The translations under genes were made by a program, and so were the position numbers. Below, in pieces: positions 9,344 through 19,366 of a stretch of DNA of 64,000 nt. Origin of the DNA: an uncultured Flavobacteriaceae bacterium. GTDB lineage: Bacteria > Bacteroidota > Bacteroidia > Flavobacteriales > Flavobacteriaceae. The number at the start of each line of letters is the position of its first letter. The first letter of the stretch is position 1. The DNA lies in contig OX044364.1 of NCBI GenBank assembly GCA_943846735.1, forward strand, positions 2,361,271-2,425,270, read 5' to 3'. Under the pieces are notes generated by a model. It saw only the letters and a list, made by a program, of their open reading frames with translations, was not told the DNA's origin and did no database searches.

Positions 9344-10189
9344 ATGAGTTTTAAAGACAAAATAGGATTTCATAAAAAATGGCACGCGGGTGCTCAAGAT
9401 TACAGAACAAAAGTAAAGTATAGTATTAATGAACCAATTATTCAATATATTTTCGATACGATAAATATTAAACAAGGATTTTTTCTAGAATTTGGTGCTT
9501 GGGATGGAATAAATCTTTCAAATGCACGGTTATTATTTGAAAAAAATTGGAATGGTATGTTTATTGAAGGTGACAAAACAAAGTTTGAAGATTTGAGAGA
9601 TAATTATTCAAACACAAATATTTTAATTGAAAATATTTACCTAGATGACCAACACAACAATATCAATACAGTACTTGAAAATAATAAAATTCAACATATA
9701 GATTTTTGTAGTATTGATGTCGATGGTTTGGATTTAAGACTTTTTAAAACCTTTGATGATGTTTTACCAACAGTTGTCTGTATTGAGGGAGCCCAGGTGT
9801 TACATCCATTATTTGAAGGTACCATCAGTTTTGAAATTGAAAGGGATAACGTAACACAGAGTCTTTACAAATACAATCAAACCTTTACTAAAATGGGGTA
9901 TAGATTATTGTTTGCCTATCAAGATTGTTTCTTTATCAAAGAAGAATATTTTCATTTGTTTGATATCTCAAATAATTTAGTAGAACTGTATTTGGATGGC
10001 CTTGAAACTCTACCTAGAATTCCATGGTTGTTTGAAAAAGGAAAAAAACATTTAATTAAAAATGAGATTATTGAATATATCATATCAAAAACCAACAACC
10101 AGAATATTTCCAATAGAAACTTGTGGGTTAGAGAAAATAAAGATTCATTGTCTGATATATTTTTAGATTTGAAAAAAAAATTAACTTGA
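9344..10189 (+). CDS. SAM-dependent methyltransferase (FkbM-like), putative
   Basis: 281-aa ORF. ..FLEFGAWDGINLSNARLLF..MFIEGD.. and ..CSIDVDGLD.. resemble the FkbM/Methyltransf_21 layout. Confidence 0.45.
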   Translation: MSFKDKIGFHKKWHAGAQDYRTKVKYSINEPIIQYIFDTINIKQGFFLEFGAWDGINLSNARLLFEKNWNGMFIEGDKTKFEDLRDNYSNTNILIENIYLDDQHNNINTVLENNKIQHIDFCSIDVDGLDLRLFKTFDDVLPTVVCIEGAQVLHPLFEGTISFEIERDNVTQSLYKYNQTFTKMGYRLLFAYQDCFFIKEEYFHLFDISNNLVELYLDGLETLPRIPWLFEKGKKHLIKNEIIEYIISKTNNQNISNRNLWVRENKDSLSDIFLDLKKKLT

Positions 10190-11040
10190 TAAAAGATAAA
10201 ACTAAAAATTTTATAGCGGTTAAGCTAACCAATGGTTTTGGTAATAATATTTTCCAATACGGAGCTGGGAGGTTACTAGCAGATTACCATAAATGTTATT
10301 TTTTTGCCATACCACCAAGTAAAGAATATTATGCTATAGATTCTTTAGTAGCTTTAGGTGTTAATTTTGATAGTAATTTTGTAGTTGAAGATTATCAAAT
10401 AATTGATGATCAAAATTATTTACAAGCCTATGACTCTAAATTTGGATCAACAAACTTAATCTTGCAAGGTTATTTTGAAAATTACAAATACTATCTACCA
10501 AAAATAGAACTTATTAAATCTTGGTTCCCTAAGTTAAAAACAAGAACAGATAATAATTTAGTTATTCATTTTAGAGGAGGAGATAGGTTATGTTATGCTA
10601 ATGAATTTTATTCAAAACCAAACGTTCAAAAATATTTAAATGCCATCACACAGTTTAATTTTGACAAATTACATGTAGTGACCGATATGCCAAAGTGGGA
10701 TTATTATTCAGTAGAGGAGTTTGAAAACTCAAACTTTCATGTATCTCTTAATAATCATGAAATTGTTTCTACAAAAGAATCTGTTGAGTTTTTTAATGCA
10801 TTTGTTGAGGGTTTTAGTTCCTATAAACCTGTTGTCCATCATGGTGAATTAATTGACGATTTTAATTTAATTAGAGGCTCCAATAACATTCTTTTTGAAC
10901 ATGGTACATTATCGTGGTGGGCAGCTTTTTTAAGTAATGCAAATAAAATTGGTGTATATGGACCATGGAGAGCTTTTAAGGGTGAAAACAATAAAAACCT
11001 TAGTCATGTTCCTTTAAATAATTGGTTTAAATGGGATTAA
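10186..11040 (+). CDS. glycosyltransferase family 11 (alpha-1,2-fucosyltransferase-like)
   Basis: GT11 motifs ..NGFGNNIFQYGAG.., ..VIHFRGGDRL.. and ..GTLSWWAAFLS.. TTG start overlaps the previous stop. Confidence 0.65.
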   Translation: MIKDKTKNFIAVKLTNGFGNNIFQYGAGRLLADYHKCYFFAIPPSKEYYAIDSLVALGVNFDSNFVVEDYQIIDDQNYLQAYDSKFGSTNLILQGYFENYKYYLPKIELIKSWFPKLKTRTDNNLVIHFRGGDRLCYANEFYSKPNVQKYLNAITQFNFDKLHVVTDMPKWDYYSVEEFENSNFHVSLNNHEIVSTKESVEFFNAFVEGFSSYKPVVHHGELIDDFNLIRGSNNILFEHGTLSWWAAFLSNANKIGVYGPWRAFKGENNKNLSHVPLNNWFKWD

Positions 11041-12038
11041 ATTTCTTAAAACAGTTTAATAATACTAAAAAAGTGTTTATACCCTTTAAAGGGGATGACT
11101 TTATTGGAGGTCCTTCAACGTTTATGAGAAACCTCAAAACCTACCTTGATGATCTTGGTTATAAATACAAAAGTGATATCTCTAAATCAAAACACATATT
11201 TTTTCCAATTTCTTATGATTTAGCAACTTTAAAAAAAATTAAAAAAGACAAAGGTGCTATCATTCAGCGCTTAGATGGTATTTATTACCCCGAAAAGCAT
11301 GGTGCTAGTTATCAAGAAAAAAATAAATTGATAAAAGATATTTATCTAAACTATGCCACTAAAGTTGTTTTTCAAAGCCAGTACAGCAAAGCGCAGTGTT
11401 TTACACTTTTTGGAGAAAAAGATACACATGAATATGAAATTATAATTAATGGAGTAAATGAAGCTATTTTTTATCCAAGAAATCTTTTAACAAGATCTCC
11501 AAAAAAATTTAAATTGGTAACTACAGGAAATTTCAGGAACATCGATATGCTAGAGCCGGTAATAAAGGCATTAGATACGATAACAGAATTTGATTTTGAA
11601 TTACATATTATTGGCCCAATTGTAAATGATAACTTACATGATTTGATAAATCGAGACTATGTAACGTATCATGGTACAAAAACCACTCATCAAATAGCAG
11701 CTCTGTTAAGAGAGCATCATATTTTCATATACTCACATTTAAACCCCCCTTGCCCAAACTCTGTTTTGGAGGCTATTGCCTCTGGCCTTCCAGTTGTTGG
11801 TTTTAATAGCGGCTCTATGAGTGAACTTTTACACTTCTCCCCAAATTTACTGGCAGAGGTCTCTAAGGATGTATTTCAAAAATATGAAGACTTTTCTGCA
11901 GATAAATTGAAAGATAAAATCATGTACTGCATGACCCACTTTGAGAAGATGAAAGAAATATCGCTAGTTAATGCCTCAAACTATTCTTTTAAGCATTGCG
12001 GTAAACAGTATCAAAATATATTTCAAAATATTGGTTAG
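11031..12038 (+). CDS. glycosyltransferase (GT-B, GT4-like)
   Basis: C-terminal signature ..PCPNSVLEAIASGLPVVGFNSGSMSELL.. Confidence 0.7.
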   Translation: MGLNFLKQFNNTKKVFIPFKGDDFIGGPSTFMRNLKTYLDDLGYKYKSDISKSKHIFFPISYDLATLKKIKKDKGAIIQRLDGIYYPEKHGASYQEKNKLIKDIYLNYATKVVFQSQYSKAQCFTLFGEKDTHEYEIIINGVNEAIFYPRNLLTRSPKKFKLVTTGNFRNIDMLEPVIKALDTITEFDFELHIIGPIVNDNLHDLINRDYVTYHGTKTTHQIAALLREHHIFIYSHLNPPCPNSVLEAIASGLPVVGFNSGSMSELLHFSPNLLAEVSKDVFQKYEDFSADKLKDKIMYCMTHFEKMKEISLVNASNYSFKHCGKQYQNIFQNIG

Positions 12039-13008
12039 TAACACACCAAAAATTACTGTTTTAATGTCTGTTTATAATGGCGCTAAATTTTTAGCTGAAG
12101 CCATTGATAGTATTTTGGCCCAAACATTTACCGATTTTGAATTTATTGTCATTGATGACGCATCCTCAGATGATAGTTTACACATAATTAACTCCTATAA
12201 AGATGCTAGAATTATAGTATTACAAAACACAAAAAATATTGGTCTTACTAAATCATTAAATATCGGTATTGCAAAGGCAAAAGGGAAATATATAGCCAGG
12301 ATGGATGCAGATGATATTTCTATGCCAAAGCGGTTAGAGAAACAGTTTGGTTTTATGGAAGAGCATTTAGAGTTTGCTTTTTGTGGGACTAGAGCAAAAA
12401 CTATTAATGATGTTGGTAAGGAAATTAGTTTTTTTAAGCCGCCTACAGATAGCTCAAAAATTTTAGCATTATTGATATTTAAAAACTGTTTTTTTCATAG
12501 TTCTTTAATTATTAGGACAGAGAAAATTTTAAGAGTTTCAGGCTATAATGAAAACTATAAATATGCTCAAGATTATAAATTGTATTTAGAGCTATTTAAA
12601 AATAAATGCTACGGAATTAACCTTAAAGAACAATTATTGGTTTACAGGGTTTTAAACTCAAATATTTCTCATACTAATTCTGATAAACAAGAAGATCTTG
12701 CATGTAGGGCAATAAACAATGCATTGCAAGACTGTTATGGGATTAATGTAAATACACAGCTCATTAAAAAAATACGTTCAGCCATTATTTACAGAGAGCG
12801 ATTAGGGCAAATAAATACCGTAGAGGCCATAATTTATTTAAGAAGTTTATATAAGCAATTTCAAAAACAGTTTAACCATAATAGTGTTGCATTAATAGAA
12901 ATGCGAACGCTTGTTAATCAAGTTATAGATGTATTCTTCAATAATAAAAAGGCAAAGCTCATTAAACGTACCGTTTATTTTAATTCGAGATTTCATGCTC
13001 TTATTTAA
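12031..13008 (+). CDS. glycosyltransferase family 2
   Basis: ..ITVLMSVYNGAKFLAEAIDSILAQTFTDFEFIVIDDASSDDS.. and ..ARMDADDIS.. The first ATG (12064) would remove the first beta-strand, so TTG 12031 is assumed as start. Confidence 0.75.
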   Translation: MVSNTPKITVLMSVYNGAKFLAEAIDSILAQTFTDFEFIVIDDASSDDSLHIINSYKDARIIVLQNTKNIGLTKSLNIGIAKAKGKYIARMDADDISMPKRLEKQFGFMEEHLEFAFCGTRAKTINDVGKEISFFKPPTDSSKILALLIFKNCFFHSSLIIRTEKILRVSGYNENYKYAQDYKLYLELFKNKCYGINLKEQLLVYRVLNSNISHTNSDKQEDLACRAINNALQDCYGINVNTQLIKKIRSAIIYRERLGQINTVEAIIYLRSLYKQFQKQFNHNSVALIEMRTLVNQVIDVFFNNKKAKLIKRTVYFNSRFHALI

Positions 13009-13025
13009 TAATAAAATATCCTGAT

Positions 13026-14303
13026 TTGAAAATACTATTCTGCGCTTATGATAGACCAGGGCAAATAGCTTCAGGACCCAATGCCTGGTTGCAAAGGCTT
13101 GTTCCAGATTTAATAAGTAATTACGGTCTTGATATTCAAACCCTTTTTGTTTATTCGGGAGAATCTAAAAAATGTCCAACAATAAGCTTTTTTAAAAACA
13201 AAAACCTACCACTTCAACTCATAAATAGAGATTCTTGTAATTATGTTGAAGATCAAGTAAAAGAGCTGTTAAACATTGTAAAAAGAGAATATATATCAAC
13301 TGTGGTTGCCAATTTGGTTGTTCCCGCGTTATATGCAACTCAATACTTAAAGCCGTTTAATATTCCTGTTATAGGCGTTATGCATTCTAGCGATAAATTT
13401 TACAAAGGTGTTATAGCCAAATTTATTCATGGTAAGACCAAAAATCAGTTAACCACTGCTGTATCAGTATCAGGATATATCAATACTATTTGTAGATCTA
13501 AAAACACCCAAACCCAGTTACTTAATATTCCTTGTGGTACACCAGAGGTTAAAAATAGCACCTCACTAGATAGCCAAGAAATTTTAAAAGTAATTTATGC
13601 AGGAAGATTAGTTAAAGAAGCCAAGCAGGTATTAAAATTGACAAAAGCATTTTGCGACGCCTCTAAAGTAAATAGTAATCTAGATTTTAGTATTTATGGT
13701 GATGGTGACAAAGAGCAATCTATAAAGGCTCTGATTGAGGACCAGAAAGCATCTAAAAATGTAATGCTTTTTAAGGCTTTACCGCCAAGTCAAATTATAA
13801 ACAAAATGCAAGAGCACCATGTATTTACACTTATGAGTGATTATGAAGGGATGCCTATAGCCTTAATGGAAGCGATGGCTTGTGGTTTGGTGCCAGTATG
13901 TTATGTTGGTGAAGGCGGAGTAGATGAAATAATAGAGCACGGTGTAAATGGGTTTATCGTTAAAAATAGGGGTGAAGACTATCAAGAAAAATTACAACTT
14001 TTAGTTAATGATAGATCGCTTTGGGAAACCATGTCCAAAAATGCACGAGCAACCATACAACAAAAGTATAGTTCAAAAATTATACATCAAAAGTGGTATG
14101 AGCTATTAAACCAATGTAAAGATGTAAAACAAAAACCTTTGCGCATTTCTTTGCGTATTAAATTAAAAGGCCCTCTCTTGTATTATGGAGATAACAGAAA
14201 TCCAAATTTTAAAGATAGAAGCACAAGATTTTTAAAATCTAATTGGATGGCCTTTAGAATATTTGTAAAACCGAGAGCTAGATTAAGAGAATTATTTAAA
14301 TAA
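13026..14303 (+). CDS. glycosyltransferase (GT4-like)
   Basis: TTG start. ..SDYEGMPIALMEAMACGLVPVCYVGEGGVDEII.. Confidence 0.7.
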   Translation: MKILFCAYDRPGQIASGPNAWLQRLVPDLISNYGLDIQTLFVYSGESKKCPTISFFKNKNLPLQLINRDSCNYVEDQVKELLNIVKREYISTVVANLVVPALYATQYLKPFNIPVIGVMHSSDKFYKGVIAKFIHGKTKNQLTTAVSVSGYINTICRSKNTQTQLLNIPCGTPEVKNSTSLDSQEILKVIYAGRLVKEAKQVLKLTKAFCDASKVNSNLDFSIYGDGDKEQSIKALIEDQKASKNVMLFKALPPSQIINKMQEHHVFTLMSDYEGMPIALMEAMACGLVPVCYVGEGGVDEIIEHGVNGFIVKNRGEDYQEKLQLLVNDRSLWETMSKNARATIQQKYSSKIIHQKWYELLNQCKDVKQKPLRISLRIKLKGPLLYYGDNRNPNFKDRSTRFLKSNWMAFRIFVKPRARLRELFK

Positions 14304-15448
14304 TGAGAGCTAAAAAAAATATTTTAATTGTTTCGCCTGCCAAAATAGGACTTACCGAAACTTTTATAAGAGCGCACATAGACCAGTTGTATGGCAATGT
14401 GTTTTACCTCTATGGTTGGGACTTAGATTTTATGACACAGAGTGGTATTTCTCTGAGTGAGCTGTATAAACCCAAGTCTAGTTTTTTGACTAAGCTCAAA
14501 TCTTTGTTACCACATTATATTTATTTTCGTCTAGCCCAAAAGCGCAAAAAAAACTACACAAAAGAAGCACATATAAAACGCTACATACAAGAACATCAAA
14601 TTGATGTTGTATTAGCAGAGTACGGCACTGCAGGAAGTTTTATAGCACCAATTTGTAAAAGTTTAAGCCTTCCTCTATTGGTTCATTTTCATGGTTTTGA
14701 TGCATCAAGATCAGATATACTAAACACCTTTAAAAAAGGGTATCAATTTATGTTCTCACATGCTACAAAAATCATTGTAGTGTCTACTGCTATGAAACAA
14801 GCATTAGTAGGGCAAGGTTGCCCTGAAAAAAAGTTGGTTCTAAATACCTATGGACCTCATCCAGATTATTTAAATATAAAACCTAATTTAGAATCTAATT
14901 ATATCATTTCTGTAGGGAGACACACCTACAAAAAAGGACCTTATTTGACGATACTGGCTTTTCAAAAAGTATTAGATAAACATCCAAGTTTGAAATTTAA
15001 AATGATAGGAGACGGTGAACTGTTTGATGTGAGTAAAAACCTAGTTAAAAGTTTAGATTTAGAAAATAATATAATTTTATTGGGTGGTTTAGAGCGTAAA
15101 GAGATTATCAAGCATTTAGAAACCGCTTTTCTATTTGTACAACACTCTTTAGTAGCCTTAAATGGAGATAGTGAAGGTACACCCGTTGGTATTATAGAAG
15201 CTATGGCTGCAGGTTTACCTGTGGTATCTACAAGACATGCAGGGATTCCTGATGTGGTTATAGAGAACAAAACGGGTTTTTTAGTAGATGAAGGGGATAT
15301 TGACGCGATGGCAGAGGAGATACTCAAAATTGTAAACAATAGGGAATTAGCAGAAACTTTTGGAAAAAAAGGTAACGTGGAAATTGCAGCGCACTACAAC
15401 TTAGAAAATCATTTAGAAATAATTAACCAGTTAATTTATGCCATCTAA
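14303..15448 (+). CDS. glycosyltransferase (GT4)
   Basis: ..GDSEGTPVGIIEAMAAGLPVVSTRHAGIPDVV.. The ATG overlaps the previous stop (TAATG). Confidence 0.75.
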   Translation: MRAKKNILIVSPAKIGLTETFIRAHIDQLYGNVFYLYGWDLDFMTQSGISLSELYKPKSSFLTKLKSLLPHYIYFRLAQKRKKNYTKEAHIKRYIQEHQIDVVLAEYGTAGSFIAPICKSLSLPLLVHFHGFDASRSDILNTFKKGYQFMFSHATKIIVVSTAMKQALVGQGCPEKKLVLNTYGPHPDYLNIKPNLESNYIISVGRHTYKKGPYLTILAFQKVLDKHPSLKFKMIGDGELFDVSKNLVKSLDLENNIILLGGLERKEIIKHLETAFLFVQHSLVALNGDSEGTPVGIIEAMAAGLPVVSTRHAGIPDVVIENKTGFLVDEGDIDAMAEEILKIVNNRELAETFGKKGNVEIAAHYNLENHLEIINQLIYAI

Positions 15449-16451
15449 GTTTAAATTAGAGGTGTCTGTGATTATTCCGGTATACAATGCCGAAAAGTTT
15501 TTACAAAAAGCAGTAGAATCTGCAGTGTATTTAGGAGAGGTTGGAGAAATTATTTTAATAGAAGACCAGTCTCCAGACAATGCGTTAGCTTTAGCCAAGG
15601 AACTCGAGAAGGAATTTGACAAAGTTAAACTATACCAACACCCTGATAAAAAAAATCATGGCGCAGGCGCCTCCCGTAATTTAGGCATACAAAAAGCAAG
15701 TTGTGAGTATATTGCCTTTTTGGATGCTGATGATTATTATCTGCCAAACAGATTTGTTAAAGACAAATTAGTATTTGAAACTCATGATAATTGTGATGGG
15801 GTGTATAGCGCTGTTGGCACACACTTTTATAGTCAAGAAGCAAAAAACGATTTTTTCGAAAAAGGTTTTGGATACCAGGAGATACTAACTTTAAAAGGTG
15901 AGGTGCCCCCACAAGAGCTTTTTGCAGTACTATTTAATAGGCATCAAAATGTAACTGGTGAATTTAGCACCAATGGAATAACTGTAAAGAAATCGGTGTT
16001 AAAAAAAATAGGTTATTTTAACACAGCATTAAAATTACGCCAAGATATTCATTTGTGGAGGCGACTGGCGGGTTTTTGTAATTTATATGTCGGTGAGATT
16101 GTTACACCAACTGCTATGCGCGGTATACATGCCAGCAATAGAATGACAAAACTAGATGACCACAAACAGTATATAGACCTATGGTGGCAGAGTTTAAAAA
16201 AGGAATTTAAAACTAAGTATTTAGAAAAATCACAATATGATATTTTTTTGCAGTGTTATTTTAATTATTTAGCGAGCCAGCCAAATAAAATAATTGCAGT
16301 AAAATCTCTAATAGATAATGTTTTAAAATATCCAAAAATAACAAGAGAATCTTATGGCGATTTTGATTTTAACTTTTGGAAAGTATTTGGCAAGAATTGG
16401 TTGACACTGCATTTAATTTCTTTTAAAAATAGATTAATCCTCAAGAAATAA
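15438..16451 (+). CDS. glycosyltransferase family 2
   Basis: ..VSVIIPVYNAEKFLQKAVESAV.., ..IEDQSPDN.., ..AFLDADDYY.. Confidence 0.75.
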   Translation: MPSKFKLEVSVIIPVYNAEKFLQKAVESAVYLGEVGEIILIEDQSPDNALALAKELEKEFDKVKLYQHPDKKNHGAGASRNLGIQKASCEYIAFLDADDYYLPNRFVKDKLVFETHDNCDGVYSAVGTHFYSQEAKNDFFEKGFGYQEILTLKGEVPPQELFAVLFNRHQNVTGEFSTNGITVKKSVLKKIGYFNTALKLRQDIHLWRRLAGFCNLYVGEIVTPTAMRGIHASNRMTKLDDHKQYIDLWWQSLKKEFKTKYLEKSQYDIFLQCYFNYLASQPNKIIAVKSLIDNVLKYPKITRESYGDFDFNFWKVFGKNWLTLHLISFKNRLILKK

Positions 16452-16465
16452 ATATTTTTTAACTC

Positions 16466-17218
16466 ATGAGACATTTACATTTAATAATAAATTTCATTAG
16501 AGTTTTTAAATACTTAGGGCTGTTCCAAATTCTGAGATTTTATACGCTCAAAAAAAATAAAATATCACAATTTAAAATTAGAAATTATAAGAATAAATTT
16601 TTTCTAAGAGGTGCTACCTCTGATTCATGGGTTTTTGATATGAATATAATTAGAGAAGAATATAAGGTGTTTATGCCAATAGAAAGTCCTAAAACTATTT
16701 TAGATGCTGGCGCAAATATTGGTACTGCAAGTAGGTTTTTTTCTAACCAATTTCCGAAGGCTGAAATTATCGCTATTGAACCGGATTCAGAAAACTATGA
16801 GATTCTAATAAAAAATACAGAATATAACAAAAACATACAATGTTTAAAAGGGGGACTATGGTCGTCAGACACAAATCTTTCTATTGTAAATGATGATGAG
16901 TGGAAGTATGCAATAAGAGTTAAGCAAGATGCATTAGAAGGTGAAATAAATGCATTTAGTATTCCCGGAATAATGAAAATGCAAGGCTGGGACTTTATAG
17001 ACATTTTAAAACTCGATATAGAAGGTTCTGAGGTAGAAATTTTGTCTAAACACTCAGAATTATGGGTTGAAAAAATAGGCATGTTAATTATTGAATTACA
17101 TCCAAGTTTAGATGAAAAATGTGCTAGAGTCTTGTTTGAAGCTTTTTCAAACAAAGATTTTAACCTTCAATGGAGTGGTGAGAATTTAGCTTTAATTTTT
17201 AAGAATCAAAATAATTAA
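16466..17218 (+). CDS. FkbM-family SAM-dependent methyltransferase
   Basis: ..ILDAGANIGTASRFFSNQFPKAEIIAIEPDSENYEIL.. and ..LKLDIEGSEVEIL.. Confidence 0.65.
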   Translation: MRHLHLIINFIRVFKYLGLFQILRFYTLKKNKISQFKIRNYKNKFFLRGATSDSWVFDMNIIREEYKVFMPIESPKTILDAGANIGTASRFFSNQFPKAEIIAIEPDSENYEILIKNTEYNKNIQCLKGGLWSSDTNLSIVNDDEWKYAIRVKQDALEGEINAFSIPGIMKMQGWDFIDILKLDIEGSEVEILSKHSELWVEKIGMLIIELHPSLDEKCARVLFEAFSNKDFNLQWSGENLALIFKNQNN

Positions 17219-18276
17219 TGAAAACACATTTTATATCTGGAGGTTGCGGTTTTGTTGGTCGTAATATGGTAAAACGCTTGTACAAAAACACCACAGACCG
17301 TATTTTATTTATTGATAATTTATCTGTGGGTAAACATCCATCAGAGTGGTTAGATATCCCTCTTAAAAAAACCGTTGGTATTCTTGAAATTTACGGTAAA
17401 GATGAGCGCCTTTGTTTTATAAGAGAAGACTTTAGAGTTACCTTAAACAAGTTAGTACATACGCCTGGTTATTTAAAAAATGACTTAGGCTTAGATATAG
17501 AAAAATTTACAGATGTCTACCATTTTGCAGCCATTGTTGGAGGGCGCGCCATGATAGATGGAGACCCTATACAAGTAGCCTTAGATTTATCTATAGATGC
17601 CGAGTTTTTTTTCTGGGTGAGCCGTCATAAACCTCAAAGGGTGTTGTACCCAAGCTCTAGTGCGGCCTATCCTGTGAGTTTGCAAACCCAGGACAATACC
17701 ATACAACTTAAAGAGTCAGACATAGATTTTAATAACATGGGCCAGCCAGACATGACCTATGGCTGGACCAAACTCACCGGAGAGTTTTTGGCAAAAATTA
17801 CAGCCAAACATTACGGGGTTAGCATCACCTGTATACGTCCATTTTCTGGCTATGGAGAAGATCAAGACTACTCCTACCCAACGCCTGCGATTGCTAGGCG
17901 GGCTGTTTTTAAAGAGGCTCCCTTTGAGGTATGGGGCTCTGGCCACCAAGGGCGAGATTTTGTTCACATAGATGATGTGTTAGATTGTATAGCAGTAGCC
18001 ATGGACAAAATACAGGACGGTACCGCCATTAACATAGGCCAAGGAGTACTCACCTCATTTAGAGATCTTATTGCGCTATTTTGCGAGTTTGCAGACTATG
18101 ATCCAGAGATAAAACCACTCTTAGACAAGCCGGTTGGGGTACACAGTCGCTACTGTGATATGTCCTGGGTCAAAGAAAACTTAGGCTGGGAGCCAAAAAT
18201 ATCAATTAAAGAAGGTATGAAGCGGGTATATGATGCTGTGAAAATAAAGGAGATTGCGCAGGGAAATTTAAAATAA
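17218..18276 (+). CDS. NAD-dependent nucleotide-sugar epimerase/dehydratase (extended SDR)
   Basis: Rossmann motif GGCGFVGRNMVKRL and catalytic YGWTK (YxxxK). Confidence 0.7.
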   Translation: MKTHFISGGCGFVGRNMVKRLYKNTTDRILFIDNLSVGKHPSEWLDIPLKKTVGILEIYGKDERLCFIREDFRVTLNKLVHTPGYLKNDLGLDIEKFTDVYHFAAIVGGRAMIDGDPIQVALDLSIDAEFFFWVSRHKPQRVLYPSSSAAYPVSLQTQDNTIQLKESDIDFNNMGQPDMTYGWTKLTGEFLAKITAKHYGVSITCIRPFSGYGEDQDYSYPTPAIARRAVFKEAPFEVWGSGHQGRDFVHIDDVLDCIAVAMDKIQDGTAINIGQGVLTSFRDLIALFCEFADYDPEIKPLLDKPVGVHSRYCDMSWVKENLGWEPKISIKEGMKRVYDAVKIKEIAQGNLK

Positions 18277-18289
18277 CAATACAATTATA

Positions 18290-19366
18290 ATGAAAATTTT
18301 ATTTGCAAGTATACCACAACCTAGAAATAGATTTGTTCGTGATTTACAAGAAGGTATGGATACACATGCGAAAGTTGTTTATGATTGTGATGAGTTTTGG
18401 TCTTGTAAAAATAATTTTGATATTGTCCACATTCATGAACCGGAGTACCTTTCTTATGAGCTTGAAGCTTGTATGAACAATACAGACCCCATCCCGAAGG
18501 AATTATGGAATCGGCTTATTACAAGTCTTGAACATTGGAAAAAAAACTCAAAATTAATTCACACAAGACATGTACAGGAGCCACATGTTAGAAGAGATGA
18601 CGAATTTAAAAAACTATACCAAACTGTTTTTTCATATTGTTCTGGAATTTCTCATTTTGCAAACTTCAGTATAGCTCAATTTAAGTCATTTTACCCAGAA
18701 TTAGAGCATATTGATCATCAGGTTATTCCGCATCAAAATTATGCATCATTACCAAATGATATATCTAAAGAAGAAGCAAGGTATAACTTAAATATAAAGA
18801 GTGATGCAAAGGTTATGCTTGTTTTTGGTATGGTTAAAGAGCGTGAAAAGCAATTAATCCAAACAGCTTTTAATGCCATGCCTTCACATAATAAAGTATT
18901 ACTAGCTCCTGGGTGGCAAACTAAAAGACGTAATATAAGATGGATACGTTTGCGAGAGTGGGTTTTTAATTATGAGCTTAAAAAGGCATTAAAAAATAAT
19001 AAGTTTAGGACAAATTTAGGCTTCATAAAAGAGGAGGATGCACAAAATTATTGCAATGCTGCAGACGTGTTACTAATACCTAGAATAGATGAGCTTAATT
19101 CAGGAAATATTACATTAGGTTTTACTTTTGGCTTAGTCGTGTTAGGAAGAAATGGTGGTGATATAGGTGAAATTTTGAAGGAAACAAAAAACCCTGTATT
19201 TGATCCTGCTGATGATAAATCAATCAAAATCGCTTTAAATACTTCACTGAATTTAGCGCAAGATAATCATGGGTTGAAAAATAAGGAAATAGCACTACAG
19301 GAATGGGGAATTGATACCATAAGCAAAAAATATATAAGTTTATATTCAGCTTACAGTGAAATTTAA
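18290..19366 (+). CDS. hypothetical protein, possibly a divergent GT-B glycosyltransferase
   Basis: 358-aa ORF inside the operon. Two-lobed layout with ..VMLVFGMVKE.. and ..AADVLLIPRIDELNSGNITLGFTFGLVVLG.. No canonical motif recognised. Confidence 0.35.
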   Translation: MKILFASIPQPRNRFVRDLQEGMDTHAKVVYDCDEFWSCKNNFDIVHIHEPEYLSYELEACMNNTDPIPKELWNRLITSLEHWKKNSKLIHTRHVQEPHVRRDDEFKKLYQTVFSYCSGISHFANFSIAQFKSFYPELEHIDHQVIPHQNYASLPNDISKEEARYNLNIKSDAKVMLVFGMVKEREKQLIQTAFNAMPSHNKVLLAPGWQTKRRNIRWIRLREWVFNYELKKALKNNKFRTNLGFIKEEDAQNYCNAADVLLIPRIDELNSGNITLGFTFGLVVLGRNGGDIGEILKETKNPVFDPADDKSIKIALNTSLNLAQDNHGLKNKEIALQEWGIDTISKKYISLYSAYSEI

